Source: Octopus sinensis (Eukaryota). Taken from it: a stretch of DNA of 64,000 nt. The notes beneath the pieces were generated by a model. It saw nothing but the letters and a program-made list of their open reading frames with translations, was not told where the DNA came from and ran no database searches. A program made the position numbers and the translations under genes. Shown piece by piece: positions 1-15,340 of the stretch (positions are counted from its first letter, which is position 1; each line of letters opens with the position of its first letter). The stretch lies in the NCBI RefSeq assembly GCF_006345805.1, contig NC_043006.1:12958001-13022000 (forward strand), in the 5' to 3' direction.

Positions 1-251
1 ACCAGGCAAACTATTAGCCCTGTGCCAAGGATTTGAAACGATCATTAATCTGGTGTTTGAAACGCATATTAGCATAGAATTTTGATGGAAATTCAAGAGG
101 AAGTCAAAACATTCTCCACATTTTTGCCAAAACTTTATTTTAGGTTTACCGCAGCGCTCGCATGGTAAATTGGTACTCTTTCAGTGATGTAATCACTGTT
201 TGACCTTGATTGTTCTATTTTTTTTCTTTTACCTTGTGTTACAGATCAAAT

Positions 252-920
252 ATGGCCGCTCCGCTAACAGTGTGCACCAAGGAAGAACAGAAACCAGTGA
301 ACTGATTTCTCTGGTCTGAAAGTGTGCCTAGGGCTGAAATTCACAGCAAACTTCCAGTACAATACGGGTACAGCGATCTGTCACGAAGTAGTGTGTATAA
401 TCGTCCACAAGAAGCACTGCGCGAGACGAGTTCCAATAGAGTTTACAGAAGCGCATAAACGCAATCACGTGGAGATTATCAACGTTTACTCGACCGGTAC
501 GGCGATGAAGGTGAATATTTTTCTTAGAGGAAATGGTCACTGATGAGGCGAGATTCTATACCTATTTCTTTACTACCCACAGGGGGCTAAACACAGAGGG
601 GACAAACAGAGACAGACAAACGGATTAAGTCGATTACATCAACCCCAGTGCGTAACTGGTACTTAATTTATCGACCCCGAAAGGATGAAAGGTAAAGTTG
701 ACCTCGGAGGAATTTGAACTCAGAATGTAACGGCAGACGAAATACGGCTACGCTTTTCGCCCGGCATGCTAACGATTCTGCCATCTCGCCGCCTTTGTCT
801 ATACCTGAGTCTATACCTTTGAACCAATATCCAAAAGGCGGAAGATGGAATCGCCAACGAATATGAAATTCATGATTCAGTCTTCCGCAGGACAAGTGAT
901 GCTAACCGTTTATTAGGGCG
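252..920 (+). mobile_element. Decayed mariner transposase remnant, interrupted by a SINE at 563-793
   Basis: Manual translation gives MAAPLTVCTKEEQKPVN*FLWSESVPRAEIH (mariner N-terminal HTH), then QRLLDRYGDEGE...VTDE (first catalytic D). After the SINE it resumes FEPISKRRKMESPTNMKFMIQSSAGQVMLTV, matching YEPE...SAGKVMLTVFW. Stops, frameshifts and an internal deletion are present. Confidence 0.85.
563..793 (-). mobile_element. tRNA-derived SINE, family A (ggcggcgagctggcag... head)
   Basis: Reverse complement of the head-body-tail repeat found many times in the window; 8-bp TSD tctatacc at 555-562 and 798-805. Confidence 0.9.
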
Positions 921-1976
921 CTAAATTAACACGAGGGTAACATTTAACTTACCCTCGTATTACTTTAGATCACTTTAAAACAGAAAGCTTGTATTTGTAT
1001 TTAGAACCAGGAGCGATCTCAGACGGGTAAAATTAATTAATTTCAGTAAAGAATGGAAATTACGTGTTTAAAGAGAATATCTTGTAGGTCTATTTTAACA
1101 CGAGTACCCCGGATAGATATTGAAAGGGTTAATTAAAAGTAATCAACTTATGAATTGAAATTGTTTGTTTACAGGAGTTTATCTAGTAGGATACTGAAAT
1201 ACTTTGTTAAAAAGACACCGATAGTTGTTATGGATATTGTAAACCTTCTGTACATGGTAAGGACGATACGATCGTTGTTATACAGAGTGAGGCAAAGAGG
1301 ACGGATGTTTTTGAAATAGTTATTTCTGTGCCCTAGGCGGAAGGAGATATGTACGATAGGTACCATCTGGTCCGTGGTGTCTTATCATTTATTTTTATTT
1401 TACGTTAAAGCATCGCGTGTTTGCCTACAGTTACGTGAAAAATAACGAATCTGTCTCAATCCACATTGAAATTAATGGCGCGTATAATACATCGTATTAA
1501 TCTATAAAGTCTTTCCCAATATATTTTTATTTAAATATATAATAATGCGACAAGACAGTTTTATTTTCGGAGATATATTATATTATATGTATCTCTGACA
1601 TAATTGGTAGAATACTGTATACAACGATCGTTTATGTCGAAATTCCGTGGAGGTTATATTTCCATTTCATTATTTCATAGTTCAGAAACTAAGTATCTAG
1701 TAATTAGTCTAATGTAACTAATTTAATTAAATCGACTGATACATCTCATTGAAATACGTATAAATAATAATGATCATCCTCGTCATTATCATGTCCTATA
1801 TCCATTTATTATTGCATGTATTAAAAAATCTAAGACAAAGGTAAATTTAAAGCTCATCATCCTTACTGAGAAAGAGGTTTATTCCTCAAAATTTTGATAG
1901 GGAATTTGTATCAGATATAAGTGGCTTATACTTATGTGCATTTCCGGTTAAAGATTATATAAAGCATTTTATTATA

Positions 1977-2357
1977 TCTATTATATAAAATCCGTTCTCT
2001 CTGTCTGTGTGTGTGTCTTCTAGAATCTCGGGCATCCTCCATCCGATTGCGCTCAAATTTGATATGTAGATACCGACGGTATCAGGGCGTGTATAAGTCT
2101 TGAAAAAAATTACAAAAACCGGTTTCAGGTGAGAATGTGATCGATAAAGCATATTTGTGTGAATAAAATCGTTTTTCTTTGGAATAGAAAACAAATCTAT
2201 CTTTATTTCTTCTTTTGCTGGAGTCTCAAATTTAGGTTAAATCAGTGTTTCTCAAAAGGGAGGCCTATGGGACAGTCGGACAAGTTGTTTCGAGAAAATT
2301 TGGTTTAAAGTTTTGACAACTCAGCACCGTCCATTGGACGGAGGGCGTTTTGCTCGC
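1977..2357 (+). mobile_element. Non-autonomous Helitron-like element (family H1)
   Basis: 5' TC-tattatataaaa start; 3' hairpin ccgtcc-att-ggacgg followed about 12 nt later by CTCG (a CTAG-like end); second copy at 11800-12044. Confidence 0.65.
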
Positions 2358-3544
2358 ATTAAAATATTTTCATTTGCTTACAGTAACTGTAATCTATTTG
2401 AAGGACTGGAGGAATTTAACCTCAAATTGGAAACTATGTATTAGTGACTCTTATAGAGTGGGTTCCATTAAAAGTACCCAAGGACAATATGTTGGTGTTA
2501 AAGCAGGTTATTTGTTATGCCTACTATGTAAGATCAGATGGGAAATATTTATATCTGATATAAAGGAAACTAACAAGAACGCATCAGTTATATAACAGTT
2601 TGGTTAGCCATAGTGCAATTTATTATAAATTTTAATCTTTTGAGACTATCATTAGTTAAGTCAGATTTAAATAGTAATGCTAAAGAAATCCTTTTTTCTC
2701 CTCAAAACTAATGTAGCCTTCTGCTGACATATTCACTCGAAATCAGTTACTTTCAGCATCGAAATCAATTAAATCGACTGTTGATTATCACTTCTATTGT
2801 AACGCGAACATAATTTACTAATGGCATTGCACAAACAACGTCCATTTTAATTATACCCAAACTCGTTCATATTTTATTTCCTCGAAGAAATGACATTCCA
2901 TTGCAGGAAATTTTTTAACTCGTTTCACGTTAAATCCAGGCTTGTTTCCTTTCTATTATCATTCAATAAAATACCCATGGTGAGTGTTGTTTTAACTTCT
3001 CTGTTACTATGTCAAGATTGATTACTCTGTATTAGCATATTGACTGATTGCGTTTCATTTTTCATTTTCCAAATCACTTTCTCTATCTCTTCCTGACAGA
3101 TTACGTTGATTTCAATTTTAAACTTAGAAAGTAGCACCAGTCTGCTGCTGCTGCTGCAATTTCAAAAATTTCCACTAATTTTTCGAAACTTTTAAAATAT
3201 GCTATGTTAATTTTACCCTACTGTATTTAAAAGGAGGTTATTAAATTAAAGCAAAGTTAAAAAAAGATTTCTGACAAACAGTTGAGTCGCTGTAACTTAT
3301 AATGGCAGAGTCGTAAGACAGGCGGATTAAATGCACTGTAATATTTGTTCCGATTTTTTGCACTCTGAGTTCAATACCCATCGAAGTCAACTTAGCCTTT
3401 GATCACTTCAAGATCAAATATTAAAGTACCAATGAATGATAATATTATTGCAGAATCGTTAAAGAATTGTACTAGAGGATACCTTCCAAACCACTGCGAT
3501 CTGAGTTCAAATCCCGCCTTATTTCTTTAAATGCTTTTACTCCA

Positions 3545-3750
3545 CTTCAGGAAGCGAGTTGGTAGAATAGTTAGTACACCAGGCAAATTGCTTATCGTTC
3601 GTTTTCACGTTCAGAGTTAAATTCCTCCGAACTCGACTTAGTTTCTCATCCTTTCGGGGTCGATGAAATAAGTACCAGTTGAATACTGGGATCGATGTAA
3701 TGAACTTACTCTGCCCTCGAAGTTGTTGGGTCTTGCGCCAAACTTTTAAA
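3545..3750 (+). mobile_element. Older diverged SINE related to family A
   Basis: Degenerate head plus the core tcatcctttcggggtcgatgaaataagtaccag, with an alternative tail (cttgcgccaaac...). Confidence 0.75.
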
Positions 3751-4793
3751 TCAATACTAATCTATCTTCTTCATCTTCCACATTCTTTATTTTCGTATTA
3801 GAAACACACTCTCTCTCTCCCTCACCATATCTCTCTTTCTCTCTCTCTCCCTCTCTCTCTCTTTCTCTCTCTTTCTCTTTCTTTCTCTCTGTTATAAAAT
3901 ATACTTATAAGAAAATTGATATTTCAAAATGCAGCCAGTAAACTCAAAACACAATTTTTGCACATGTTGTCTATAAAATAGACAATAAAATCCAGTGGTT
4001 TTTAAAAATTATTTTGCTTATTGTTTCTAACCAAACAAGAGTGGATTTTGTTTTGTTTTAAAAGTTAAAACCTTAAGGGACATATATAACAAAACAAAAA
4101 CAATAAAATAAATGCTGAGCAAATAAACGGCTGAAACAATTTCATTAGAAATCTTTTAAAAGCGAGACAAGATAATTTAATAACGATCAAACTGATTAAC
4201 ACAGATGTGCCCTTTCACAGTGAAAGTATTGTTCTTGACACGTTCGACCATAACCTCTTTTTGAGAGATCGCATCGAAATCCTATTCAATGCGCGCACAT
4301 ATAATATTCCTTTCATACGTCGAAAATATTCTATGTTGCTATGAAGTAGTGCAAGTAAGAAATCAATAAACATGCTTCTGTCTACTGCGTAAATTATTTA
4401 CAATTTTTTGTTGTACAGCGAATAAACGCTATATTCATATCCACCTAACAGTGCAGTCTCTCTTAATCTTAACGAGCATTCGCAGGTATATTTGTATATG
4501 TATATATCTATGTATGTTATACATGTATGTATTTATGTACATCATATATGTGCGTATGTATATGTGTACGCATGTGGTTATATATGGGTTGGGTCAAACA
4601 GATAGGGTAAATAGGAGTTAATGTATAAGTATATATACTTAACGAACTTTTCGGGTGAGTGGCATACATGGAACTCTCGATAAGTGAGTTAATTCCGTAA
4701 CTTTTTTTTCGATTAGAAATTCAAAATTATACGTGTGTATGTATGTATATATTATGTAAGTACTTACTCATATACACACACATACATACATCC

Positions 4794-4851
<58 letters not shown>

Positions 4852-5079
4852 TGTAAACACAGTGTACATTTAAACATATAAGGAATCCACTCGTGGGATT
4901 CAACACGCTAGAAAGAACAGCTAGGTTCTATAACCACAAAATTAGGGATAAAATTCGACAGGAATGAAATGAAAAAATTAAAAACATTTTACCATCTAGT
5001 TTCCTGGACCAATTGGTTTCTGATTTTAGTTTAGCAAATAGTTTTTGGATAGTTTTGAGATAATGCTCGAATTTAAAAG

Positions 5080-5160
<81 letters not shown>

Positions 5161-5164
<4 letters not shown>

Positions 5165-5237
5165 AATATTATTAGAGACAAAACCACTATTTTGCAAAAC
5201 AAACAAGGAAGTGGTTTTGTCTCTAATAATATTTATA
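5161..5237. repeat. Perfect 28-bp inverted repeat with 21-nt loop
   Basis: tataaatattattagagacaaaaccact (5161-5188) versus agtggttttgtctctaataatatttata (5210-5237). Confidence 0.95.
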
Positions 5238-6322
5238 ATATTTTACTATAAAATTGGATTTAATCCTAAATCTGATTTTTTCCCTGTAAATTTGGATTTA
5301 TTCCCTAATATTTATTATTTATATATATATATATATATATATTTCAATGGGTGAATGAATTATCCGATGTTTACCGTTAACATGGAAAATTCAATAAACT
5401 GTTACCAGGGTAGCAAAATTCACGTCAGAAACACGCTTGAAGCGACCTATTCAAAGGTAGAAACTCCGGGTTAATGTGCAGTATTTTGTATGTTATAAAT
5501 GAATAAATAAATAAATGGAGTTGAACGAAGATGTTAATGTTAATAAAATTCTTTTACTTTCGACATATGTTTCGAAGACAACGTGGTTTTATTCCAAAGG
5601 AATATACGGTGTAAAATGCAATCTTCTCATCATTGTAAAAGATTATTTTGCTAAATACGTTTAACTACATAGCAGTCTCCTTGGGATAGTATCAATATGA
5701 AGAACATTCGAGGCAGCTCGGTCGACCCTTGGAAACCTGTTCAACGAGGTAAATCTATGATAGTGAATGCACTCTTATGCCACGTACGTCCTCAGAACTT
5801 AGCCTCCTATAGTAAACTTTTAGTCTGTTAGCAAGCGCAATCAAATCTCGCTATTCTAAAACTCTGCTCTTTAAAAAGAAAACGGCAATTCGAGTTGGAT
5901 ATTGTTGTCCTATACACGCTCCATTTTATCTTCAGCTATGGCTGGTTTATTACAAACTGAACTCTCTTGCTTATATATGCACGATAAGAGGCCAACCTGG
6001 ACGAAAACAAAGCCCAAAACATCTATATGTTTAGTCACGCCTCGGCCACGTTCATCACCATGACATCGCAAAATATATTTATCTATTTCGTTTTTCATCT
6101 AAATTTCATTCTCAGGCAACATTAGCGACTTTGTGTCAAAGAGATTGTGAAAATGACCTCGGACAGAGTTTGTAATGAAAGCTGTTTAATTCTGTGATAT
6201 GACAACTGACAATACAAATATATTATGACAACACTATACTCTAACAATATTCATTTATTGAAAACATAATATAAATGGAAATAGATAAATGTGTGTATAT
6301 ATGCTTATTCACACACATACAC

Positions 6323-6363
<41 letters not shown>

Positions 6364-6637
6364 GTGTCTTTTTTTGTATTATCTTTGTATTTATATTCGT
6401 GTAACATCGTCCGTTTTCCGTCCTTGTTTCGTATACATTCGATGCCTTTTTCCAAATAATATAATGCTCTTAGCTTAGTTTTTCCTTGGGGCTGGCCAGA
6501 TTGGAGCAATATCAAGATTAATCAGCCGAAATTGCGAGGATGATCCGGTTCTTGACTGAAGATTAAAATCTTCGAATAACCCGTCCGTGTTTTTTGTATC
6601 GTCTATTTGGTTGTTTTGCGTTCTTGTTCCATTTTCC

Positions 6638-6717
<80 letters not shown>

Positions 6718-7189
6718 GTATATATATATGTGTATGTATATATATATATATATATGTGTGTGTTTGTGTGTATTTATATGTATATATACACGTATACATA
6801 TACGTGTGTGTGTTTGTGTTAATAAGTGACACTTGCAGTAATAGTTCCTAAAGGACATTCTTGCCGGAATGGTTCTGCTGTCCGCTCTAATGAAGTCTTT
6901 ATTAATATTAAGATCACAACAAAAAGAACAGCACTAAGGTTTTGTTCTTCTGATTGAGAACCATGTAGTAACGTTTTTGTTAGGAAAAAGCTAGTGAATT
7001 ACATGGACCCACACACATCACAGAATGACTCTGAACGGGTGAAAGGCAAATTTGTCCGCAGCAGAAATTGTACTCATAATTAAAAATAAAGCAAAATTTT
7101 CATCCGATGCTCTAGTGTTATCAAACACTACCACCTCCCCTGGGACCCAAATTTGGTCTTACAATAGCCGTGTGCTTTTAATTGGTTGT

Positions 7190-7228
<39 letters not shown>

Positions 7229-7594
7229 GGCAGTTTGTCTGTGCGTTTTCTGTGTGTCTGTTTTCTCGTACCCTCACTCTGACCACGGCTTTCAACCGAT
7301 TCTGATGAAACTTGACACACACATAGCCCAATGTCATAATTCAAAACTAACGCAGCGAAAATTTTGAAAAGTTCCCCCAGTTCTGAAAAAAATCGATAAA
7401 TTCGACATGGGGTCGGGAATCAGAAACCCAAACCACAGATCGTCTAGGGGACGCAACTCCACCTTTTTTAACTCTCAAAAAAAATTTACCATAATTTTTT
7501 TTCCATTTTTTTGCTATTTTTTGGCTATAAACTCTAAAAATGCTTTATAGTTATTTCCCTTACAAACCTGAGCAACGCCGGGCGATACTGCTAG
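7190..7594 (+). mobile_element. Non-autonomous Helitron (family H2 3' end)
   Basis: Ends gagcaacgccgggcgatactgCTAG|T; the 3' terminal segment is shared with the element at 39144-39779; the 5' end is buried in (TA)n. Confidence 0.75.
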
Positions 7595-7663
<69 letters not shown>

Positions 7664-8322
7664 TATATTATATATATATATATATATATATCATTATTTA
7701 TATATATATATATATAAATATTTAGTAACAATTGATACGGAGGATAGAGCATACGCGAAACTATATTTATCACAACGGTCGTTTCGACACACCCTGCATC
7801 GCTCCCTCGCAGGTAAGAAACTATTCATAGATATGACTACTATCAACATGCTGTAGTCAGGAATAAGAGCGAAACATTATTCAGGTAACGAGAAACTGCG
7901 GAACATCACCTGAAGACATGCATCCGCAACGTTGAGCACTGTAATTCATTGTATAGTTTCCCATCCACGAGGTAGAGTTGCAGGATGTGTGGAAACGATG
8001 GTTCTCATAAGTAAAGTTTCCAGTATCCTCTCTTCTCCATATCCATTGTTTCTGCTATACCGAAGGTGCATTGAGGAATTCCTAACGTAGATCCAGCGAC
8101 CATCGTGCAATTACCGTGGATGACGCCAGCCAGCCATAGGGAGTGAACGTGCTCTGTCGGCATGCTACTAGGAACACGCCCAACACGCAAAGTTTAAATT
8201 TGAAATTTAAACCTTAATTCTAACATATACTTGCATATGTATATAAGATAAAGATATAAGTATATATACATATATATGATGTATATATGCATGTGTATCT
8301 GTTTGCGTATGCATGGAAGCGT

Positions 8323-9255
<933 letters not shown>

Positions 9256-9339
9256 TATATATAATATATATATAAAAATATACTATAATATATATATAGT
9301 ATATATATTAATATCTATATAATATATAATATGTATATT

Positions 9340-9476
9340 ATATATATATATAGATAGATAGATAGATGATAGATAGATAGATAGATAGATAGATTGATAG
9401 ATAGATAGATAGATAGATAGATACATAGATAGATAGACAGACAGATAGATAGGTATAGATAGATAGATAGACAGAC

Positions 9477-9538
<62 letters not shown>

Positions 9539-9543
9539 CAGAC

Positions 9544-9594
<51 letters not shown>

Positions 9595-9635
9595 CAGACA
9601 GATAGATAGGTAGATAGATAGATAGATAGACAGAC

Positions 9636-9716
<81 letters not shown>
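9340..9716. repeat. (GATA/GACA)n microsatellite
   Basis: Direct reading; source of the spurious IYLS ORFs. Confidence 0.98.
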
Positions 9717-10149
9717 TAACGTGTCTTGAATGGCACAACAATGCAGAGTGGACTAAAATAACTGTTATAATTTAATTATCCATGATCTGATATAATAATA
9801 TTTCGGAATATAAAAATTCCTTCTTCAGAAATCGCTAGGAATTGATCGAGTTACTGCCATAATCGGTTTTCCAACGTTTTTTTTTTGTTTTTTTTTTTTT
9901 GCGGAAGCGTCTCTGCAGTGGTCTCATGAAGCTTCTTCCGGAATTCCTCCTGCTAAGTGCGTTAGGGCGGCCATGTTTCAAGCTCCTTTGTGCTGGCACA
10001 TCCGTAGCCAGCGCTGCTTCTAAGTTATGTATTATACGTACAGATTCCGTTTTTTTCTCCATTGTTTTTTCTTTTTTTATATAAATAATACACGAGCATG
10101 TTATCGAAAATGAACCTACACGCACCCAGAAGTAGTTAAACAATATATT

Positions 10150-11775
10150 GACTGCCAACATCCAGCCTGTTGTTAATTTGGGGCGCTAGTATGTCTATGA
10201 GGATATCTTCCTTAATTCTTAGATTACCTAAAATTTCTTTCATTGGCCTCAGTTGTGACTGTTATGCTTTTGTCGGTGTTCCGACATTTGTCTAGATGTT
10301 TTCTGAAGGGGAAGGCTCTCGTGTTCAGATGTTCTTTGATGCGAATTTGTTACGGTTTTATTGTGCTACCCACATAGAACTTGTTGCATTTCTTACATTG
10401 TATTCTTTGCATAACATTTACCCGTTGGCATAAATCTGTGTCACGGAAGGGGCAGTTTGCTAGTGTGCATTGATTGCTCTCCCTTGTTCATTTTTTGCGA
10501 GGTGTCTTCTCAGAGAGGGGCCGGAGTGGGCTTGTCGTATGTCCAGTCCTTCTCTTCTTATGGCTCTTGGAATGGCTGTAGATATCCTCTCGCTAAATGG
10601 GGTATTTTAAAGAAGCATGAGTTGTTGGGTTTTCCGTGTGTTCGGCGTGTTGGTCGTCTTTCGTACTTAAGCCGATTTACAATGAATATATGTTTCTTTA
10701 CTGCCCACAAGGGGCTAAACATAGAGGGGACAAACAAGGACAGACGAAGAGATTGAGTCGATCATATCGACCCCAGTGCGAAACTGGTACTTTATTTATC
10801 GACCCCGAAAGGATGAAAGGCAAAGTTGACCTCGGCGGAATTTGAACTCAGAACGTAACGACAGACGAAATACCGCTAAACATTTCACCCGGGGCGCTAA
10901 CGTGTCTGCCAACTCGCCGCTGTATTTCTGTGTTGGTCTTGTCTCGGTTTAGTGGGTATTTCTGTGTTGGTCTTGTCTCGGTTTTAGTGGGTATTCATTT
11001 ACAATGAATATAGTGTATCTGTTGGTTTTCAATATCTCTAGGAATCGTGTAGTGTGGGTCACTTGTTGCACTTGCTCTGGATGCGTGCAAGTTCACTTCA
11101 GGCGTATCCTATTTTGGCACCGAGTAGAAGTGCTGCACTATACTGGACAAACTGTAGAACTCGGTGTGGATATCTCCTTCTTCCGTTATTTTAAGTTGGA
11201 AGTCAAGTAGTGATAGTGATCCGGCGTCGTCGGGATGTTCTATACTGAAATGTATGTTCATGTCCATGTTCTTGAACGTCGTAAATATTCAGTGAGTCTC
11301 TTCACGGGAAGATGTGAGTATGAGGACGTCAGCTACGTACCTGGTGAAGAAGGCGCATGAGCGGCAGATGTTTAATGTTCGAGGTTCCAGATGGTTCATA
11401 CAGGTGAAGGTTAGTAGGCCCGAGAGCAAGAATCTCATGGGTAGACCTGCTGTCTGTTTGTATATGTGGTCATGGAAAGATAAGTATGCGCTGTCCACGA
11501 TGATGGACAAAAGTTGTTTATCAGCTACGGTAAATCCAAAGCAGCGGATGTCGGACACTACTATGCAGTCAGTCGATAGGTTGACCGCCGAGTGTGCTGG
11601 TACCATTGTGTACATTGAGAAAACACCAAGACTAAAGGCATACCTGTTTTGCCTGAGTTGGTCTGAGGGCAGTTGGCGCAGTCTTTTAATGACTTCGTCG
11701 GGGTTCTTGATGTATCCAGGAAAGGTGAACAGTATGGATTTCAGGATGTGAGGAAGTAGCCAGGATATTTTACAC
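10150..11775 (-). mobile_element. Decayed Penelope-like retroelement (RT plus GIY-YIG endonuclease), interrupted by a SINE insertion at 10691-10996
   Basis: RT motifs SLGVFSMYT..P, YKQTAGLPM..LLS, RYVADV (RYVDD), IHFSIEH..SLSLLDF. GIY-YIG region CQRVNVMQRIQCKKCNKFYVGSTIKP*QIRIKEHL at about 10330-10440. The reading frame rejoins across the 16-bp TSD (YTIFIVNRLKYERRP). Confidence 0.88.
10691..10920 (-). mobile_element. Family A SINE inserted in the Penelope-like element
   Basis: Full head-body-tail in reverse; TSD atttacaatgaatata at 10675-10690 and 10997-11012. Confidence 0.9.
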
Positions 11776-11799
11776 AGAGGTCATTCTGCAATATGTATA

Positions 11800-12043
11800 T
11801 CTATTATATAAAATCCGTTCTGTCTGTCTGTGTGTGTGTGTGTCTACTAGGATCTCGGGCATCCTCCATCCGATTCCGTTCAAATTTGATATGTAGATAC
11901 CGACGGTATCAGAACGTGTATAAGTCTTGTGAAAATTACAAAGATCGATTCCAGATGTGGATGCGATCGATAAAGCTGTGGAAACGTGCATTTGTACGAG
12001 TAAGTATATCAGCACTGTCCATTGGACGCGGGGCGTTTTGTTC

Positions 12044-12044
<1 letters not shown>
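11800..12044 (+). mobile_element. Non-autonomous Helitron-like element (family H1, internally deleted copy)
   Basis: Shares the 5' ~170 bp and the 3' hairpin/terminus with 1977-2357. Confidence 0.65.
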
Positions 12045-12083
<39 letters not shown>

Positions 12084-13673
12084 CTATTCACACACACGTA
12101 CACACACACACACTCACAAGCACGCACACACGCACACACAAAAATACACACACACACATACACGCACACACATATATCCCCTATTGGAAGTATTTTAAAA
12201 AATACCCACAATTATCAAGCTATGCGTGTCTTTGAAATTGTTGCTTTTTTCAAAAAATCTCCAACTCAAAAATAAGTAAACTATCCGAGCATTTCGAATT
12301 TTGATGATTTCATTTCAATATTGTCGTGGAAGCATCATTAAATACTAGATTTCCGATATAATTGGTCAATGTACTTTTACAGAATTACCAGAAATCCTCT
12401 CCTCTGTTAACAAATATAATGAGATTAATATCACACACATCGTGTGTATGTATATATAGATATATATATATATGCATATGTATAATTATGTGTGCGTGTA
12501 TATATACATACATACACACACAGATATATATTATATATATATATGCATATATATATATAATACATCTATATGTCCATCTATGTGTGTGTGTGTATACACA
12601 CATACACGCACATTTGCTTATTTTTTCCCTATAAACATGTACAAATGGAGAAAAAATGTGTTTTATTGACAGGAAATTTGTGACACTAACTATATATTAG
12701 GCTTTTATTTGCTAAGGAAATTTGCTCGGCTTCAATAAACATCTTTGTCGAAATCTCAAAAGAATTTTCAAAAGGGAATAGATCTTACGTAAGATAGTAT
12801 ATTCTAGATATTTTAATTAAATTTTATCTGAGACTTTTATAGGCATTAAAGAATTTTGTATTCTTCATTATACGGCTTAGATGAATTTTATTGATAACAT
12901 TTTATTTAAATGTCAAATTAGATACTATCATTATTATCTGGTTCTGTTAGAAAAATTTGCTATATTATACTGATATTTTACACTGCAAGCTGATGCTCTG
13001 TTTTCGCTGTTATTGTTGTTGTCATGGGAGGGGGTTTGTTGTTGGTGATGGAGAAACATAAATTTATAGTAACGTTGTTTAATTCAATTAGATATTTCCT
13101 TTATGTATTGATTTCTTATGCAAGCACAAAGTCTCAAACTTGTTGGGAATACAAAAATATGCATCGTTCAATGCTTTTTCGAAAGATATGAATAACGTCA
13201 GTGAATGAACTGGTTACAAACCAGATTTGAAACTGATTTCTTGAATTGGATCCCGGGGAGCCTACTTTTGCAATAACCACCATAAATTTTGCCAAGTTTC
13301 CTAGCAACGGTTTATGCTACACATTTAAATATGGGTAACATGGAGCCTTCAGAATACCAGAATATTTCCTTTTTATAAGCATACGACAAAGATTAAGAAT
13401 TTAGTGCAATATCAGGAAATTAAAGTAAGGACTTAACATAGAATAAGCAGGATGACGTTTTTTTTTTATTATTCGCTAGCAAAAAGTTAACTTTAGATGT
13501 TTGCGCATGTGTCAGATCAAATCATCATTGATTAGCAACTGGCAATGATTGAAGCACATGTAGCTAGTGTCTCAGCATGACATCAGTCGATGACTAAAAT
13601 CCATAAATGTTCATATATAATATGCATAAATATATATGTATATATAAATAATGTATGTATATTTATATGTATA

Positions 13674-13717
<44 letters not shown>

Positions 13718-13736
13718 TATATGTACATATACATAA

Positions 13737-13775
<39 letters not shown>

Positions 13776-14233
13776 ATTATATATATATATATATATACAC
13801 ATACAATATATATATGTATATGTATATATTCATCTATGTACATATATATATAATTATATATTACTCCGATATATATATATATATATATATATATGCATAA
13901 ATATATATGTATGTATATATATACATATTTATACATATATATAAGAATATATATATAAATCTATATATATATATATATATATATATAAAGATTGTGAGTT
14001 AGAGATTATGCAACCGTCTAAGGGATTAATGTATCCGCAAGCTCCGTAGGTAATATCTATCAGGCTCCGTAGGTAATACTGGCGTATTATCTCACCTTAT
14101 ATGCAGATTTACTTCAAAAATAACAAACTGAAACAGCTGTAAATGTTTTTTTTTAACTACAATTAAACTATAACCTTCTAATAACAATGGTTTACTTTTA
14201 ATTGATAATTGTTGGTCCCTTCCTTTCCTTTTC

Positions 14234-14300
<67 letters not shown>

Positions 14301-14799
14301 CAGATATATATGTATATATACATACATATAAATAAATAATATATATAATATCCAAGGATCGAGGTGTAGGAAGAAAGTTAGCCTCAAGCAATCCGTGGTA
14401 AATATAAAAAAAACTTTGAGGAACCATAGTGGTTTATTAAGACGGAAGGTGGGAAATTTTTTTTTTGTATCGAAGTACGATAAACTCAAAAAAGTTCTTG
14501 TTGTTTCACGGTAGGCGACTAGTGATACCGGGTATTTCGAATAAGAATACAAGAGTTAAGGAATGGTGTAGATAGGATCCAACCTATATATGTTTCATAG
14601 CGAGTTCAGTGTGGGGTGTGTATGGGTCTGTGTATGCGTGTGTTTTATATTTAGCAGGATGGTGCGTGTATTGTGTGCATTTTCAAACACTCTTTTTTAT
14701 ATATATGTATATATCTTTTTTCTCTCTTTTATTTGTTTCAATCATTTCACTGCGGCCTTTATATATATATAGGTAAACAGACAAATACATTGACAAAGA

Positions 14800-15003
<204 letters not shown>

Positions 15004-15004
15004 G

Positions 15005-15182
15005 TATATATATGAAAAAACAAGTCAGGATAGAAAATGCTAAAATAATTTTATAAAGAACATTTCAGTACCGGTTTCAGCCATTGAGACCTTTTCGACT
15101 GTAACAATTTTAAATAATTAAATTTAGAAAAATTAAAACAAAAGTTTTTTTAAAAGAATATTTGTATAGTGTCCAAATATAA

Positions 15183-15185
<3 letters not shown>
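15005..15185. repeat. Diverged direct copy of the left arm of the 15341-15796 foldback, with a degenerate hammerhead-like motif on the minus strand (15066-15101)
   Basis: atgaaaaaacaagt...tttcagtaccggtttc...gagaccttttc.actgtaac...aaaagaatattt.tatagt aligns with 15341-15520. Confidence 0.9.
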
Positions 15186-15222
<37 letters not shown>

Positions 15223-15340
15223 ATATATATATATATATATATATTCTTTTAAAAATATATATGTATATATTCTTTTAAAAAATATTCTTTTAAAAGAACT
15301 ATTAAATATATATATATATATAATATATTTATATATTATA

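Noticed and set aside
1175-3200. Splice-like pairs at 1175-1256, 2907-2979 and an acceptor near 3098
   Set aside because: Frames are ambiguous or join to stops; within chance expectation.
6555-6590. gactgaagattaaaatcttcgaataacc as a hammerhead
   Set aside because: The apparent core overlaps the hairpin; no proper G10.1-C11.1 pair or GAAA.
7905-7935. ctgaagacatgcatccgcaacgtt as a hammerhead
   Set aside because: GAAA is mutated, and stems I and II are not convincing.
8005-8190. Relatively GC-rich 61-aa minus-strand ORF
   Set aside because: No recognisable motif and no bounding splice sites.
9890-9960. Possible hammerhead at the 3' end of the Penelope element (minus strand gaagcttcatgagaccactgcagagacgcttcc)
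   Set aside because: The position is suggestive, but the core, stem II and GAAA are all too degenerate to support a call.
11314-11751. 145-aa plus-strand ORF
   Set aside because: Antisense shadow of the Penelope RT.
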